A DNA stretch of 64,000 nucleotides from Candidatus Multivorans sp. (GTDB lineage: Bacteria; Acidobacteriota; Thermoanaerobaculia; Multivoradales; Multivoraceae): assembly GCA_965247095.1 (NCBI GenBank), contig OZ251997.1, forward strand, positions 3,232,001 through 3,296,000. The letters are read 5' to 3'. A program made the position numbers and the translations under genes. Under the pieces are notes generated by a model, which saw only the letters and a program-made list of their open reading frames with translations, was not told where the DNA came from and did no database searches. Shown here in pieces: positions 30,289 through 40,152 of this stretch; position 1 is the first letter of the stretch; every line of letters begins with the position of its first letter.

Positions 30289-31026
30289 ATGGCGAGCGGT
30301 GAGAACAAGGTTCCGGAATCCGCGGGCGGACGCCGCACGTCCGTGATCCGCGAGTACGTCGAGGCCCTGATCGTCGCGGCCGTCTTCCTCGGCTTCACGA
30401 ACAACTTCGTCCTGAAGACCTTCTACATCCCCAGCGCTTCGATGGAGAACACGCTGCTGGTGGGCGACCACCTGTTCGTGAACCGCTACATCTTCGGGCC
30501 CCGCCCCTCGAAGCTGGAGCAGGCGCTTCTCCCGGGCCGCGACGTGCGGCGGGGCGACATCGTGATCTTCCGGTCGCCCGAGACGCCGAAGATCGACCTG
30601 GTGAAGCGCTGCATCGGTCTGCCCGGCGATGAGCTCCGGATGGTGGACAAGCAACTCGTCCTGAACGGCCAGGAGGTGGACGACGACGCCTACGCGATCT
30701 ACCAGGACACCAGCATCTACCGTTCGACGGGGCCGTCCGGCGCCTATCAGACGCGCCGGGACAACTGGGGGCCGCTCCTCGTCCCCAGGGATCACCTCTT
30801 CTGCCTGGGCGACAACCGGGACCACTCCCACGATTCCCGCTTCTGGGGGCCCGTGCCCATGGCCCATGTCAAGGGCCGGGCGGTGATGGTCTACTGGTCG
30901 TACGGAGGCGAGACCCCGGACGGCACGTGGCGCGGTCTCGGTCACCGCCTGAAACAGCTCGCGAACACAGCTCTGGGCTTCGTGACCAAGACCCGCTGGA
31001 AGCGCACCTTCAAGGTGATCCGCTAG
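30289..31026 (+). CDS. lepB: Signal peptidase I
   Basis: IPSASMENTL.VGD, LVKR and GDNRDHSHDSRFWG motifs. Confidence 0.93.
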   Translation: MASGENKVPESAGGRRTSVIREYVEALIVAAVFLGFTNNFVLKTFYIPSASMENTLLVGDHLFVNRYIFGPRPSKLEQALLPGRDVRRGDIVIFRSPETPKIDLVKRCIGLPGDELRMVDKQLVLNGQEVDDDAYAIYQDTSIYRSTGPSGAYQTRRDNWGPLLVPRDHLFCLGDNRDHSHDSRFWGPVPMAHVKGRAVMVYWSYGGETPDGTWRGLGHRLKQLANTALGFVTKTRWKRTFKVIR

Positions 31027-31044
31027 CGCTGCCGGGTCGAGCCC

Positions 31045-31695
31045 GTGAGATTTCGTCTGAGCATCGGGCGCCTCAGAATGTGGCGCGACGGCGCGGACGT
31101 GCTGCTCGTCGCGGCCATCCTCGCCCTGTTCGTCCGGGCCTTCCTGGTTCAGGCCTATCGCATTCCTTCCGGGTCGATGGAACCAGCGCTGATGGTCGGC
31201 GACCACCTGCTGATCAACAAGTTCATCTTCGGCGCCGGCGCGGGTCGCTGGGGACCGCTCGTACCCCAACGCGAGGTGCGCCCCGGCGACCTGGTCACCT
31301 TCCGCGGCATCGAGGATCCCGCCCACGAGCTGCTGAAGCGCTGCTTGGCGACCGGCGGCACGGAGGTGGAAATCGACTCGAAGAAGCTCCGCCTCGACGG
31401 TCGCGAAGTCGACGAGACGGCCTACGTCGTCCACTCGGACGATCGGGTCTATCCCCGGTCGGAGTTCCTTCACGAGAGTTTCTGGCGCCGCGATGCGTAT
31501 GGTCCCGAACCCGTGCCGGCCGGGAGCCTCTTCTGTCTCGGCGACAACCGCGACATATCCCGCGACTCGCGCTTCTTTGGCCCCGTCGGAACCGAACTGG
31601 TGCGCGGTCGGCCGTTACTCGTCTACTGGTCGCGTGACGCGGAAGCCGGGAGATGGGCGATCCGCTGGCGGCGAACCTTCCACGTCCCGCGTTGA
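31045..31695 (+). CDS. lepB: Signal peptidase I, tandem paralog
   Basis: IPSGSMEPAL.VGD, LLKR and GDNRDISRDSRFFG motifs. Confidence 0.9.
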   Translation: MRFRLSIGRLRMWRDGADVLLVAAILALFVRAFLVQAYRIPSGSMEPALMVGDHLLINKFIFGAGAGRWGPLVPQREVRPGDLVTFRGIEDPAHELLKRCLATGGTEVEIDSKKLRLDGREVDETAYVVHSDDRVYPRSEFLHESFWRRDAYGPEPVPAGSLFCLGDNRDISRDSRFFGPVGTELVRGRPLLVYWSRDAEAGRWAIRWRRTFHVPR

Positions 31696-31723
31696 TCCGT
31701 CCCGGGGCACTGCCTCCCGCGCA

Positions 31724-32413
31724 TCAGGCGCCGGCCGCCGCCAACTCCGCCAGGGCTGCGTCGGGGTCGGCGGCCTGAGTCAGCGGCCGCCCGATCACCA
31801 TCAGGTCCGCCCCGGACCGCAGCGCTGCCGCCGGCGTCGCGACGCGACGCTGATCGTCGCTCGCGGAACCCCCGAAGCGGATTCCCGGGCTCACCAACAG
31901 CAGCTCCGGCCCAAGTCGCTTGCGCAGGGAGGCCAACTCGAGCGGCGAACAGACCACGCCGGCGCAACCGGCGCGCTGCGCTGTCGACGCCCAGGCCAGA
32001 ACACGATCCGCGGCCCGACCCGGCAGGTCCAGCTCTTCGAGGTCTTCAGGCGCGAGATGGGTGAGGACCGTGATCCCGAGCACGCGGATCTCGTCACCAG
32101 CCGCTTCGACCGCGGCCTCCAACATCCGCCGCCCGCCGCCCGCGTGCACCGTCAGGTAGGAGACGCCCAGCTCCCTCGCCGCGCCCACCGCCCCCGCGAC
32201 GGTACTCGGGATGTCGTGGAACTTGAAGTCGAGGAAGACCTCCGCGCCGGTCCTCGCGGCCTCTTCGACCGCCGTACGCCCCCAGCGCAGGACGACCCGC
32301 GGTCCCACCTTCAGGACGCCGACGCGAGGGCCGAAGAAGGAACACCAGCGGCGGTACGTGTCCCGATCGTCCGTGTCGAGGGCGACGGCGACCCGCTCCA
32401 GCCGGCCCGTCAC
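31724..32413 (-). CDS. pyrF: Orotidine-5'-phosphate decarboxylase
   Basis: VALD, FLDFKFHDIPSTV, PGIR, DDQRR and IGRP motifs. Confidence 0.95.
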   Translation of the reverse strand: MTGRLERVAVALDTDDRDTYRRWCSFFGPRVGVLKVGPRVVLRWGRTAVEEAARTGAEVFLDFKFHDIPSTVAGAVGAARELGVSYLTVHAGGGRRMLEAAVEAAGDEIRVLGITVLTHLAPEDLEELDLPGRAADRVLAWASTAQRAGCAGVVCSPLELASLRKRLGPELLLVSPGIRFGGSASDDQRRVATPAAALRSGADLMVIGRPLTQAADPDAALAELAAAGA

Positions 32414-33345
32414 GAAGCTGCCGCCCCGATCAGGGAGGCCACCGAGTCCACACCATCCGCCTCGAGACGATCGCGCAGTCCATCGACGAGGCGCTCCGCT
32501 GTCCTGGGATCGCGGAACAGCGCCGTGCCGACCTGAACCGCGGAGGCGCCCGCCAGCAGGTACTCCAGCACGTCGTCGACCGTCTCGATCCCGCCGATCC
32601 CGATCACCGGCAGGTCCACCGCGCGGGCGACATCCCAGACGATCCGCAGCGCCAGCGGCTTGATCGCCGGCCCCGAAAGCCCGCCACGCACCGTCGACAG
32701 CACCGGACGCCGGGTATTCGTGTCGATCGCCATGCCGACGAAGGTGTTCACCGCCGACAGGATATCGGCGCCGCCGGCGCTCGCAGCCTGGCCCAGGGCC
32801 GCCGGCGAGGTCACGTTCGGCGACAGCTTGACCACCACCGGCTTGCCGGTCGCGGAACGTACCCGCCGGACCAGACCGTACAGGATGTCGGGGTCATGAC
32901 CGAACTCGATTCCGCCCTTGCTCACGTTGGGGCAGGACACGTTCAACTCCACCGCGGCCACGCCGGGGTGGGGGTCGACCCGCTCGGCCACCCGCACGTA
33001 GTCGTCCTGGTCGTACCCGAACAGGTTGACGATCACCTTCGGCGGCAGTCCGGCCAGACCCGGAAGAACATCGTTCAGGAAGCGGTCGACGCCGATGTTC
33101 TGCAGGCCGATCGAGTTCAGCATGCCGCCGCGGGTCTCGGCGATCCGAACCGGCGGATTCCCCGCCAGGGGCTCGAGCGACAGTCCCTTCGTCACCAGAC
33201 CGCCGAGTCGCCGCAGGTCGGCCCGTTCGGCGAACTCAAGGCCGTAGCCGAACGTTCCGCTCGCCGTCAGAATCGGATTCTGGAGCCGCAGCGGCCCTAC
33301 CTGCGTGGAGAGGTCGACGCCGGATGTGCCGGTGTTCCTGGTCAC
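32410..33345 (-). CDS. pyrD: Dihydroorotate dehydrogenase family 1B catalytic subunit
   Basis: TASGTFG, NSIGLQN, ELNVSCPN, KLSPN and GGLSGPAIKP motifs. Confidence 0.94.
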   Translation of the reverse strand: MTRNTGTSGVDLSTQVGPLRLQNPILTASGTFGYGLEFAERADLRRLGGLVTKGLSLEPLAGNPPVRIAETRGGMLNSIGLQNIGVDRFLNDVLPGLAGLPPKVIVNLFGYDQDDYVRVAERVDPHPGVAAVELNVSCPNVSKGGIEFGHDPDILYGLVRRVRSATGKPVVVKLSPNVTSPAALGQAASAGGADILSAVNTFVGMAIDTNTRRPVLSTVRGGLSGPAIKPLALRIVWDVARAVDLPVIGIGGIETVDDVLEYLLAGASAVQVGTALFRDPRTAERLVDGLRDRLEADGVDSVASLIGAAAS

Positions 33346-34169
33346 CAAACCACCTCCCCCAGATCGAAGACCGGGCCGTGCCGGCAGCACAGTGCGTAAC
33401 CGCCCTTCTTGAGCGGCACCGCGCAGCCGAGGCAGGCGCCGTAACCGCAACCCATCGGGGTCTCCATCGCTGCTTCCCCCTCGATGCCGTGATCGGCGGC
33501 GATCCGCGCCACCGCAGCCATCAGACCGTGGGGACCGCAGGTGCAGAGCGCCCTGTACGCCGCCCCTGCCTCCGTCCCGCCGTCCTTGAGGGTCGCCGCA
33601 AGCGCCTCAGTGACCAACCCTCGGCCGCCGGCGGTGCCGTCCTCCGTCGTCCTGACCAACCGACCGCCGGTGCTTTCGCTCAAGCGCCGGAATTCTCCGG
33701 CCTCGACCAGATCGTCCGCGCTGCGACCGCCGTAGTAGAAGTCGAAAGGCCTGCCGGCACGCGCCAACGCCTGAGCCAACAGACCCAGGCCAGCCGATCC
33801 GATGCCGCCCGCAACCAACGCGGCGCGGCCGCCGCGCGGCGGATCGGATGCCATACTGTGAAATCCGGTGCCCAAGGGACCGAGAACGGGGATGTCTTGA
33901 CCCGGGGTACAGGCCGCCAGGTTCTCCGTTCCCCGGCCGATCACCTTGCCGAGCAGAGAGATCGCCAGCGCCCCGTTTCCGGCCGGCGCCTGGTCGTAGA
34001 CCGAGAACGCCCGCCTCAGGTACGGCTCCGCCTGGTTGGCGCCAGCCACCATGACGAACTGACCGGGCGCGGCGGGCGCCATGCCGGCCACCCGGATCCG
34101 GAGCAGGAAGTGCCGAAGAGGCAACGCCTGGACCTCGAGTACTTTCCCTCTCGCGTCCAGCGCCGCCAT
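33342..34169 (-). CDS. pyrK: Dihydroorotate dehydrogenase electron-transfer subunit
   Basis: PGQF, LRRAFS, GPLG.GF, AGGIG, CGP and MGCGYGACLGC..CC..GPVF motifs. Confidence 0.92.
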   Translation of the reverse strand: MAALDARGKVLEVQALPLRHFLLRIRVAGMAPAAPGQFVMVAGANQAEPYLRRAFSVYDQAPAGNGALAISLLGKVIGRGTENLAACTPGQDIPVLGPLGTGFHSMASDPPRGGRAALVAGGIGSAGLGLLAQALARAGRPFDFYYGGRSADDLVEAGEFRRLSESTGGRLVRTTEDGTAGGRGLVTEALAATLKDGGTEAGAAYRALCTCGPHGLMAAVARIAADHGIEGEAAMETPMGCGYGACLGCAVPLKKGGYALCCRHGPVFDLGEVVW

Positions 34170-34257
34170 GGCGCGAGCGAGGGTAGCACTCCTGGGACGC
34201 TCCGGTCGAAGCCGAGCGGCAATCCAGACCCCGCGGCCGCCCGGTAGAGTGGTCCCA

Positions 34258-35937
34258 GTGAATCGCGAACGGCTCCTCAGTTGCGCTGCGTGCGCGATAC
34301 CCGGCCTCCTGGCCGGGATCCACTTGGCGGGGCTCCTCTTCTTCCTCAATCCGCACCTGCCGTTTCATCCGGGACCGGTGTTCCGGACCAGCGTCTACTA
34401 CGGGTTGCTTGGGGCCCTCAGCACGATGGCGGTGCTGATCCCCATCTCATGGCGGGCGCCCGAACGTTCCCTGCGGCTGCTTCCCTGGTGCCTCGCGGCC
34501 GTGTTCGGCGCCGCTGCCGGCCTCGACCTTGCGCACGCGGCCTTCTACGATCAGTTCCTGCCGCCAGGCATCCACGATCGCCTGATCAAGGCCGGACTCT
34601 GGCTGGCCCTGGCGGCAGCGGTCACGCTCTACACCGCGTTTCTTCACACCTACCGCCGGCAGAGGCCCTACGGGGCCCGCAGCCGCTTCGGCATCGCCAG
34701 CCTGGCAGTGCTGACCGTGTACTCGGTCTTCGAACGGCGCGAGGCCTTCGAGCCGCCGCCGCAGAGGAAGCCTCGAGCGGCGGCGATCGAGTCCACACCG
34801 CCGCCCAACCTCCTGATCGTGGGCCTCGATGGCGGATCGCTCGACGCCATCCTGCCCCTCTCCGAACAGGGGCTGCTCCCGTTCTTCTCACAGACCATGC
34901 GAGCCGGCAGCTACGGCCGCGCCGAGTCCATCGAACCGGCGAGTCGCCTGCCTCTCTGGACCACGGTGGTTACGGGTAAATACCCTTTCCGGCACGGCGT
35001 CGTATCCGAGGAGACCTGGGGCGCGCCGTCGCTTCGCGGCGAGCGCTTCCACCTGACGCCCCGCGGTATCGCCTTCGGCGTTTGGGGCGACCGCGGCATG
35101 CCCGAGGGCGGCCCGGCGGTCCTGCCTTCCGCCCCGTCCCTCTGGCAGATCGCGGCGGGATTCGGCCTCGACGTGTTCGCACTCGACTTCGGCGTCGGCC
35201 TCACCGGCTCCAACGTCGGCCGGACCGCGGCCCTTGGTTCAGCCATGGAGGACGAGCGGCTGGCCCGGCTCGGAGACGGCCCGCCATCCGCGCTCTATAC
35301 CGCGGCGCTCCGTGACCTGGAGACCCATACCCAACTGCTGGCGATCCTCGAGTCTCGATCACAGGACGACGATTCAGGGCTCGTCGTCTTTGCGGTGATG
35401 GACGGTCTGGCCGCGGTCTCGCACCTCTACTACGACTCCTACGAGGCGGTTCAGTTCGACGGCGATCAGAAGCCGGTTCGCGTCGACCGGGCGCGCTGGC
35501 TGTCCTCCTACTACGCGTTCGTGGACGGTCTGGTGGCCGAGGCCTGGCAGCAACTGCCGCAGCCCCGGATGCTGGCGGTGGTCAGCGCCTACGGTTGGAG
35601 GCGGTCCGGGCCCCTGCGTCGCCTGTTGCGCGTACGGGGCAAGGCGCCCGGCGGGACGGGGGGCGGTTCCCAGAACACGCCCGACGGACTGCTCCTGTTG
35701 CGGGGACAGGGAATCAACGAGGACCTTCTCCTGACCCGGCTCGGCATCCAGGACGTGGCGCCAACCCTGCTCTACGCTCTGAACCTGCCGACCGCGCTCG
35801 ACATCGACGGCCGCGTGATCACCGAGGCCTTCGAGCCGTCGACGCTGGCTCGCCGGCCGATCGCCTTCGTGCCGTCCTACGAAACGAAGACCGGTACCGC
35901 GCGCCAACCCGGGTGGCGCGATCCGCGCCGCCCGTGA
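34258..35937 (+). CDS. Membrane-anchored alkaline phosphatase superfamily (type I phosphodiesterase-like) protein
   Basis: N-terminal TM helices, IVGLDG, WTT..TGK.P..HGV, VVSAYG, DVAPTLL..L.LP...DGR and VPSYE. Confidence 0.75.
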   Translation: MNRERLLSCAACAIPGLLAGIHLAGLLFFLNPHLPFHPGPVFRTSVYYGLLGALSTMAVLIPISWRAPERSLRLLPWCLAAVFGAAAGLDLAHAAFYDQFLPPGIHDRLIKAGLWLALAAAVTLYTAFLHTYRRQRPYGARSRFGIASLAVLTVYSVFERREAFEPPPQRKPRAAAIESTPPPNLLIVGLDGGSLDAILPLSEQGLLPFFSQTMRAGSYGRAESIEPASRLPLWTTVVTGKYPFRHGVVSEETWGAPSLRGERFHLTPRGIAFGVWGDRGMPEGGPAVLPSAPSLWQIAAGFGLDVFALDFGVGLTGSNVGRTAALGSAMEDERLARLGDGPPSALYTAALRDLETHTQLLAILESRSQDDDSGLVVFAVMDGLAAVSHLYYDSYEAVQFDGDQKPVRVDRARWLSSYYAFVDGLVAEAWQQLPQPRMLAVVSAYGWRRSGPLRRLLRVRGKAPGGTGGGSQNTPDGLLLLRGQGINEDLLLTRLGIQDVAPTLLYALNLPTALDIDGRVITEAFEPSTLARRPIAFVPSYETKTGTARQPGWRDPRRP

Positions 35938-35977
35938 ACCAGTCCGTGCGCCCGTCATCGGGTGCATGGATGACACC
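35906..35977 (+). repeat. Two-hairpin dispersed element, copy A (homologous to 62611-62684)
   Basis: AACCCGGGTGGCGCG-ATC-CGCGCCGCCC-GTGAACCAG-TCCGTGCGCCCG-TCAT-CGGGTGCATGGA. Confidence 0.85.
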
Positions 35978-36109
35978 CTGACCGCGGGCGGAAACGCCGT
36001 GGCTACTCGGGCTGGTCGGCGGATCCGGCGTCGCCGGCCGAGGAATCGGCCGACGGGGCTGTGCCTCCCGGAAGAGCGAATCGCTGGAGGGCTGGATCGG
36101 AGTCCTTAG

Positions 36110-38067
36110 TCTGAAGTTCTGAGGCTTGAAACGTGAGATCCGCTGTAGTGGCGGGGCTTTGCGGCGATTTCGGGGTGTTGTCTACTGGGTACGTTCGGTC
36201 AAGGTCGGACCTTGAGGAGGTTGAAGGCCTGGGCCTGTAGTGGCGTCGGTCGAGCGAGGACGTTGGCGGAGACGGCGGCTGCGGCGACGGGTCGCACCTG
36301 GTTACGGGTGAGCGTGGCCAGATCGGCGAGGAGTGTCTGGAAGCTGTGGACGGGAAATCCGTCGGGGGTGCGTTTGCTGGCCGCCTTGGCGCGGGCCGAG
36401 AGCGACCGCCTTGCGGGTTGGACCGGCGAGCTGCGGTGGTCGCGGCGGTCCTGATCGTCGAAGAGCAGCGGCGCGAGGAGGCGTCGCATGTGCCACTCGA
36501 CGTAGTAGGCGAGCATGCACAGGAAGACGTGGGCTCGCACCCGTTCGGCGAGGCGGTGGTGTACGGGGCGCACTTTCAGATCGACGCTCTTGTAGCTGCG
36601 GAAGGCGCGCTCGACGTGGCTGAGGCTCTTGTAGGAGCGGACCGCGGAGGCGGCCGGGAGATCGGTTTCGGGGACGTTGGTGCGGATGACGTAAAAGCCG
36701 TCGAGGGCGGCCTCCTCGGCGATGCGCTCTTCGTTGCGTTGGTACCCGAAGCCGTCGTCCGAGACCTCGACGTCGAAGTGCTTGCCGACCTTGTGGGCGC
36801 GCAGCGCCCGGTCGACGCGCACGGCGATGTTCTTCGTGCCCCGCAGCGGCTTCTTTGGGCGCTGCGTCGCCTGGACCACCTTCTCCAGCTTGGCTTCGGT
36901 GGCAGCTAGAAGCTGCAGCCGCTTGCGACTCCGGCGGACTTCAAGGAGTGGGTTCTTGCACACCACCAGGCGCTCCCCCGGATACAGATCGGGGGCGCTG
37001 ATCTCCGCCATGTCCCGCTCGTCGAAGAGCGACAGTTGCAGATGGCCCTGGTGCACCAGTTTGCGTATCGCCGGGGCGCGCAGGGCGCTGATCCAGGACA
37101 AACCGCTCGGTTCCAGGTCCTCGCGGATGCGGGCGTCGGTGATCAGCCCCCGGTCGCCGACCAGCACGACCCGCTCCAGCGAGAACCGCTTGCTGAGCTT
37201 GTGCACCTGGGAGCTCAGCGTCTTGGGATCGGCGGTGTTGCCTGAGAAGACCTCGACCGCGACCGGGCAGCCGTCCCGGTTGCAGAGCAGGCCGAAGACG
37301 ATCTGGGGCTTGCCCGGCTTGCCGTCCTTGGAGTATCCGTGCCGGGCCAACCGGCACTTCGAGCCCTCCATGTAGACCGAGGTCACGTCGCACAGGACCA
37401 GGCAACCGTTCTCCAGGTGTCGCTCGGCCAGCCGCCGCTCGATGCGCTCCTGCCGCCTGAGCAGCCAGTCCATGGCGGCGTAGAGTTCGTCCGCTTCAGC
37501 CTCCTCGACGCCGAGCTCCTCGCCGAGGGTGTGGGTGGTGGTTTCGCTTGCGAGTCCGCGCGCGGTGGCGAGCTTGGAGCGGGGATCGAGGATGCGCGCA
37601 ACGATCATCGCCATGACGAGCGCTCGTTGTCGGGAAGGTCGTCGATCGAGGAGAGGTTCGAGTCCGAGTCGTCTGGCGGCGCCGAGGGTGGCGGCGACAT
37701 GTCCGTGGGGTATGGAGCGGAGGATGTCGAAGACGGAGTCGAGCGAGGGCAGGGCCACTCCGCCCTTGAGCAGGATGCGCAGCCCCTCGACGAGTTCGTC
37801 GGGCCACTTGGAGAGGTTGGCGAGGGTGCGTTTCCTGACCTTTCCGTCTTGCCTGTAGGACTCGCGCAGGAGGACGGCTGGCGGTGAGTTGCGGTTGCGC
37901 ACACGTTCAACGTACATGGCTTCGCATTGTACAGTAGAATCATTGTTATGTCTACTCTGCTTTCTACTATTACATGGCTACACTCTGCAGCTCCATGAAC
38001 GCCGAAAACCCAAGCCACGTCTACCACTATCCGCGGTTCAGACCCTCAGAATGACCAGAACTTCGGC
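36110..38067 (-). mobile_element. IS1634-family insertion sequence, inside the 3' end of the bactofilin gene
   Basis: Ends TCTGAAGTTCTG / CAGAACTTCGGC, flanked by direct repeat TTAG (36106-36109 and 38068-38071). Confidence 0.88.
36199..37917 (-). CDS. IS1634-family DDE transposase
   Basis: LLRESYR.DGKV.KRTLANL, DVTS.Y.EG, VGDRG, VERAFR..K and RVRAHVFLCMLAY motifs. Confidence 0.93.
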   Translation of the reverse strand: MYVERVRNRNSPPAVLLRESYRQDGKVRKRTLANLSKWPDELVEGLRILLKGGVALPSLDSVFDILRSIPHGHVAATLGAARRLGLEPLLDRRPSRQRALVMAMIVARILDPRSKLATARGLASETTTHTLGEELGVEEAEADELYAAMDWLLRRQERIERRLAERHLENGCLVLCDVTSVYMEGSKCRLARHGYSKDGKPGKPQIVFGLLCNRDGCPVAVEVFSGNTADPKTLSSQVHKLSKRFSLERVVLVGDRGLITDARIREDLEPSGLSWISALRAPAIRKLVHQGHLQLSLFDERDMAEISAPDLYPGERLVVCKNPLLEVRRSRKRLQLLAATEAKLEKVVQATQRPKKPLRGTKNIAVRVDRALRAHKVGKHFDVEVSDDGFGYQRNEERIAEEAALDGFYVIRTNVPETDLPAASAVRSYKSLSHVERAFRSYKSVDLKVRPVHHRLAERVRAHVFLCMLAYYVEWHMRRLLAPLLFDDQDRRDHRSSPVQPARRSLSARAKAASKRTPDGFPVHSFQTLLADLATLTRNQVRPVAAAAVSANVLARPTPLQAQAFNLLKVRP

Positions 38068-38477
38068 TTAGTCCCCGTCGCCGGCTTGCCGCTGTCTACG
38101 ATGGCGGGTCCCGCGGGACGGACGGTCTCGGAGGGACTCATCGTGCATTTGCCCTGGAAGAAAGCCCCACTCGCGATGACGAGAACCGGAGAGTTGATCT
38201 CGCCCTCGACGTGACCGTTCACGCCGATCTCAATCCGCTTCGTGGCCTCGACCTGCCCTTCGAGCCGTCCCGAGACGCTGAGTTCGGCCACTTTGACGAC
38301 TCCTTCGACCACGCCCCCTTCACCGACGATCAACTCGCCTTCGGATTCGACCGTGCCGCTGAAGTGGCCGTGCACCCGGAACGTGTTCCGGAAGCGGAGG
38401 TCCCCCTGGACCTCGCAGCCGGCATCGAGAAAGCCGTTCAGGTTGCCTGGGGAGCTGTTCTTGAGGATCTTCGGCAT
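38046..38477 (-). CDS. Bactofilin (polymer-forming cytoskeletal protein); last six residues IS-derived
   Basis: GCEVQGDL.F...V.G.FSG.V...L.VG..G.VEG beta-helix pattern; downstream of parB. Confidence 0.88.
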   Translation of the reverse strand: MPKILKNSSPGNLNGFLDAGCEVQGDLRFRNTFRVHGHFSGTVESEGELIVGEGGVVEGVVKVAELSVSGRLEGQVEATKRIEIGVNGHVEGEINSPVLVIASGAFFQGKCTMSPSETVRPAGPAIVDSGKPATGTKPKFWSF

Positions 38478-38499
38478 TCTGGCAACGCTCCAACAGTGA

Positions 38500-39375
38500 T
38501 CACTCCGACAGCCGCTCGTAGATGCGGATCAACTCGGGTTCGGAGTGGAAGTGGATTTTCAGGACGCCGCCACCGCGGCGGCGACGGCGGATTTCGACGC
38601 GGGTCTGCAGTCTACGCGTCAACCGCTCGACTGCATCGGCCGTGTGCGGATCGCTCTCCGCGGCGGCTGTCCGGCGCGTCGTGGCGGTCTTCCGCCGCCG
38701 GCTGGCCGCGATGCGCTCCAGTTCTCGCGCACTGAGGGACTCGCGCTCAGCGCGGGCGCCGAGTTCAATCTGACTCTGTTCGTCGCCAAGCGCCAGCAAA
38801 GGACGAGCCTGGCCGGCGGTCAGCGCTCCTGACCGCAACTGCTCCTGCACTGCAGAAGGCAAGCGAAGCAGACGCAGGGCATTCGCCACCGCGGCCCTGC
38901 TCCGGCCGACACGGCCAGCGATTTCCTGCTGTGAAAGCCCGAACTCGTCGCTCAGCGCCCGAAACGCCTCCGCCTCTTCCAGCGGATTCAGATCGGAACG
39001 CTGGAGGTTCTCCACCAGGGCGAGCTCCAACAGTTCGCGCTCGTCCTCCACGTCCCGAAAGACGACCGGCACGGTTTCCAGCCCCGCCCGCTGGGCCGCC
39101 CGCCAGCGACGCTCGCCGGCGACGATGCGATACCGGCCGCCGCGGTCCGGGCCGCCGGTGACGACGAGCGGCTGGAGCACGCCGAGTTGCGCGATCGAGT
39201 TCGCGAGCTCCGTCAGCTCCTCATCGTCGAACCGGTCGCGCGGCTGCCGGCTGTTCGGCTCGAGCTGCGCTACCGGCAACTCGCGTTCCGCACGCGGCGC
39301 GGCTGGAGAACGAGCGCCGCTGTCGGCGAACAGCTCGTCCAGTCCACGACCGAGGCCCCGCCGTCTGCTATTCAC
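38500..39375 (-). CDS. parB: Chromosome partitioning protein ParB
   Basis: RGLGRGL, QPR..F, IVAGERRWRAA, ENLQRSDLNPLEEA and HTH motifs. Confidence 0.96.
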   Translation of the reverse strand: MNSRRRGLGRGLDELFADSGARSPAAPRAERELPVAQLEPNSRQPRDRFDDEELTELANSIAQLGVLQPLVVTGGPDRGGRYRIVAGERRWRAAQRAGLETVPVVFRDVEDERELLELALVENLQRSDLNPLEEAEAFRALSDEFGLSQQEIAGRVGRSRAAVANALRLLRLPSAVQEQLRSGALTAGQARPLLALGDEQSQIELGARAERESLSARELERIAASRRRKTATTRRTAAAESDPHTADAVERLTRRLQTRVEIRRRRRGGGVLKIHFHSEPELIRIYERLSE

Positions 39376-39393
39376 GTGACTCCAGCTGCGGGA

Positions 39394-40152
39394 TCAGGGC
39401 CGGCGAGCCGCGAGTTCCTGCGCCAGATCCAGATAGGCCTGGGCGCCCTTGCTCTTGATGTCGTATTGCAGGACCGGCATTCCGTGACTTGGCGCCTCAG
39501 CCAGGCGGACGTTGCGCGGAACGATCGTATCGCAGACGATCGATCCGAAGTGCTTTCGCACCTCCCGCGCAACGTCCCGCGAGAGGTTGGTGCGGTCATC
39601 GTACATGGTGAGGATCACACCCGCGATCGCCAGGTCGGGCCGTCCCAGTTCCCGCACCCGCTGCACCGTAGCCATCAGCTCGCTGATGCCTTGGAGCGCA
39701 AAGTACTCGCACTGCAGCGGTACGACGACCGCGTCCGCGGCGTAGAGGGCGTTCAGGGTCAGTCGACCCAAGGCCGGCGGACAATCCACGAAGATACGTT
39801 CGTAGTTCTCGCCCAACCTCTCAAGCGACGAAGTAAGCCGCTGGATCCAGTCCCGGTCGCGTTGCAACCCGAACTCCGCTCCCACCAGATCGCGGTTCGC
39901 CGGCAGCAGGTCGACGTAGGGGAACCCGCTCGAGACGACCACGTCAGCCGCTTCGGCCTCGCCGGAGAGCACTTCGAACAGGGTCGGCGGCCGGCCCGAC
40001 CAACCGAGGCCGCTGCTTGCGTTTCCCTGCGGATCGCTATCGACGAGCAGCACCCTCCGCTCCATGGCGCCGAAAGCCGCCGCCAGGTTGATCGCCGACG
40101 TCGTCTTGCCCACCCCGCCCTTCTGGTTGGCGACCGCCAGGACGTCAGCCAC
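39394..40152 (-). CDS. parA: Chromosome partitioning ATPase ParA/Soj
   Basis: NQKGGVGKTT, DPQGNAS, DCPP, QCEYFAL and PRNVRLAEAPS motifs. Confidence 0.96.
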   Translation of the reverse strand: MADVLAVANQKGGVGKTTSAINLAAAFGAMERRVLLVDSDPQGNASSGLGWSGRPPTLFEVLSGEAEAADVVVSSGFPYVDLLPANRDLVGAEFGLQRDRDWIQRLTSSLERLGENYERIFVDCPPALGRLTLNALYAADAVVVPLQCEYFALQGISELMATVQRVRELGRPDLAIAGVILTMYDDRTNLSRDVAREVRKHFGSIVCDTIVPRNVRLAEAPSHGMPVLQYDIKSKGAQAYLDLAQELAARRP

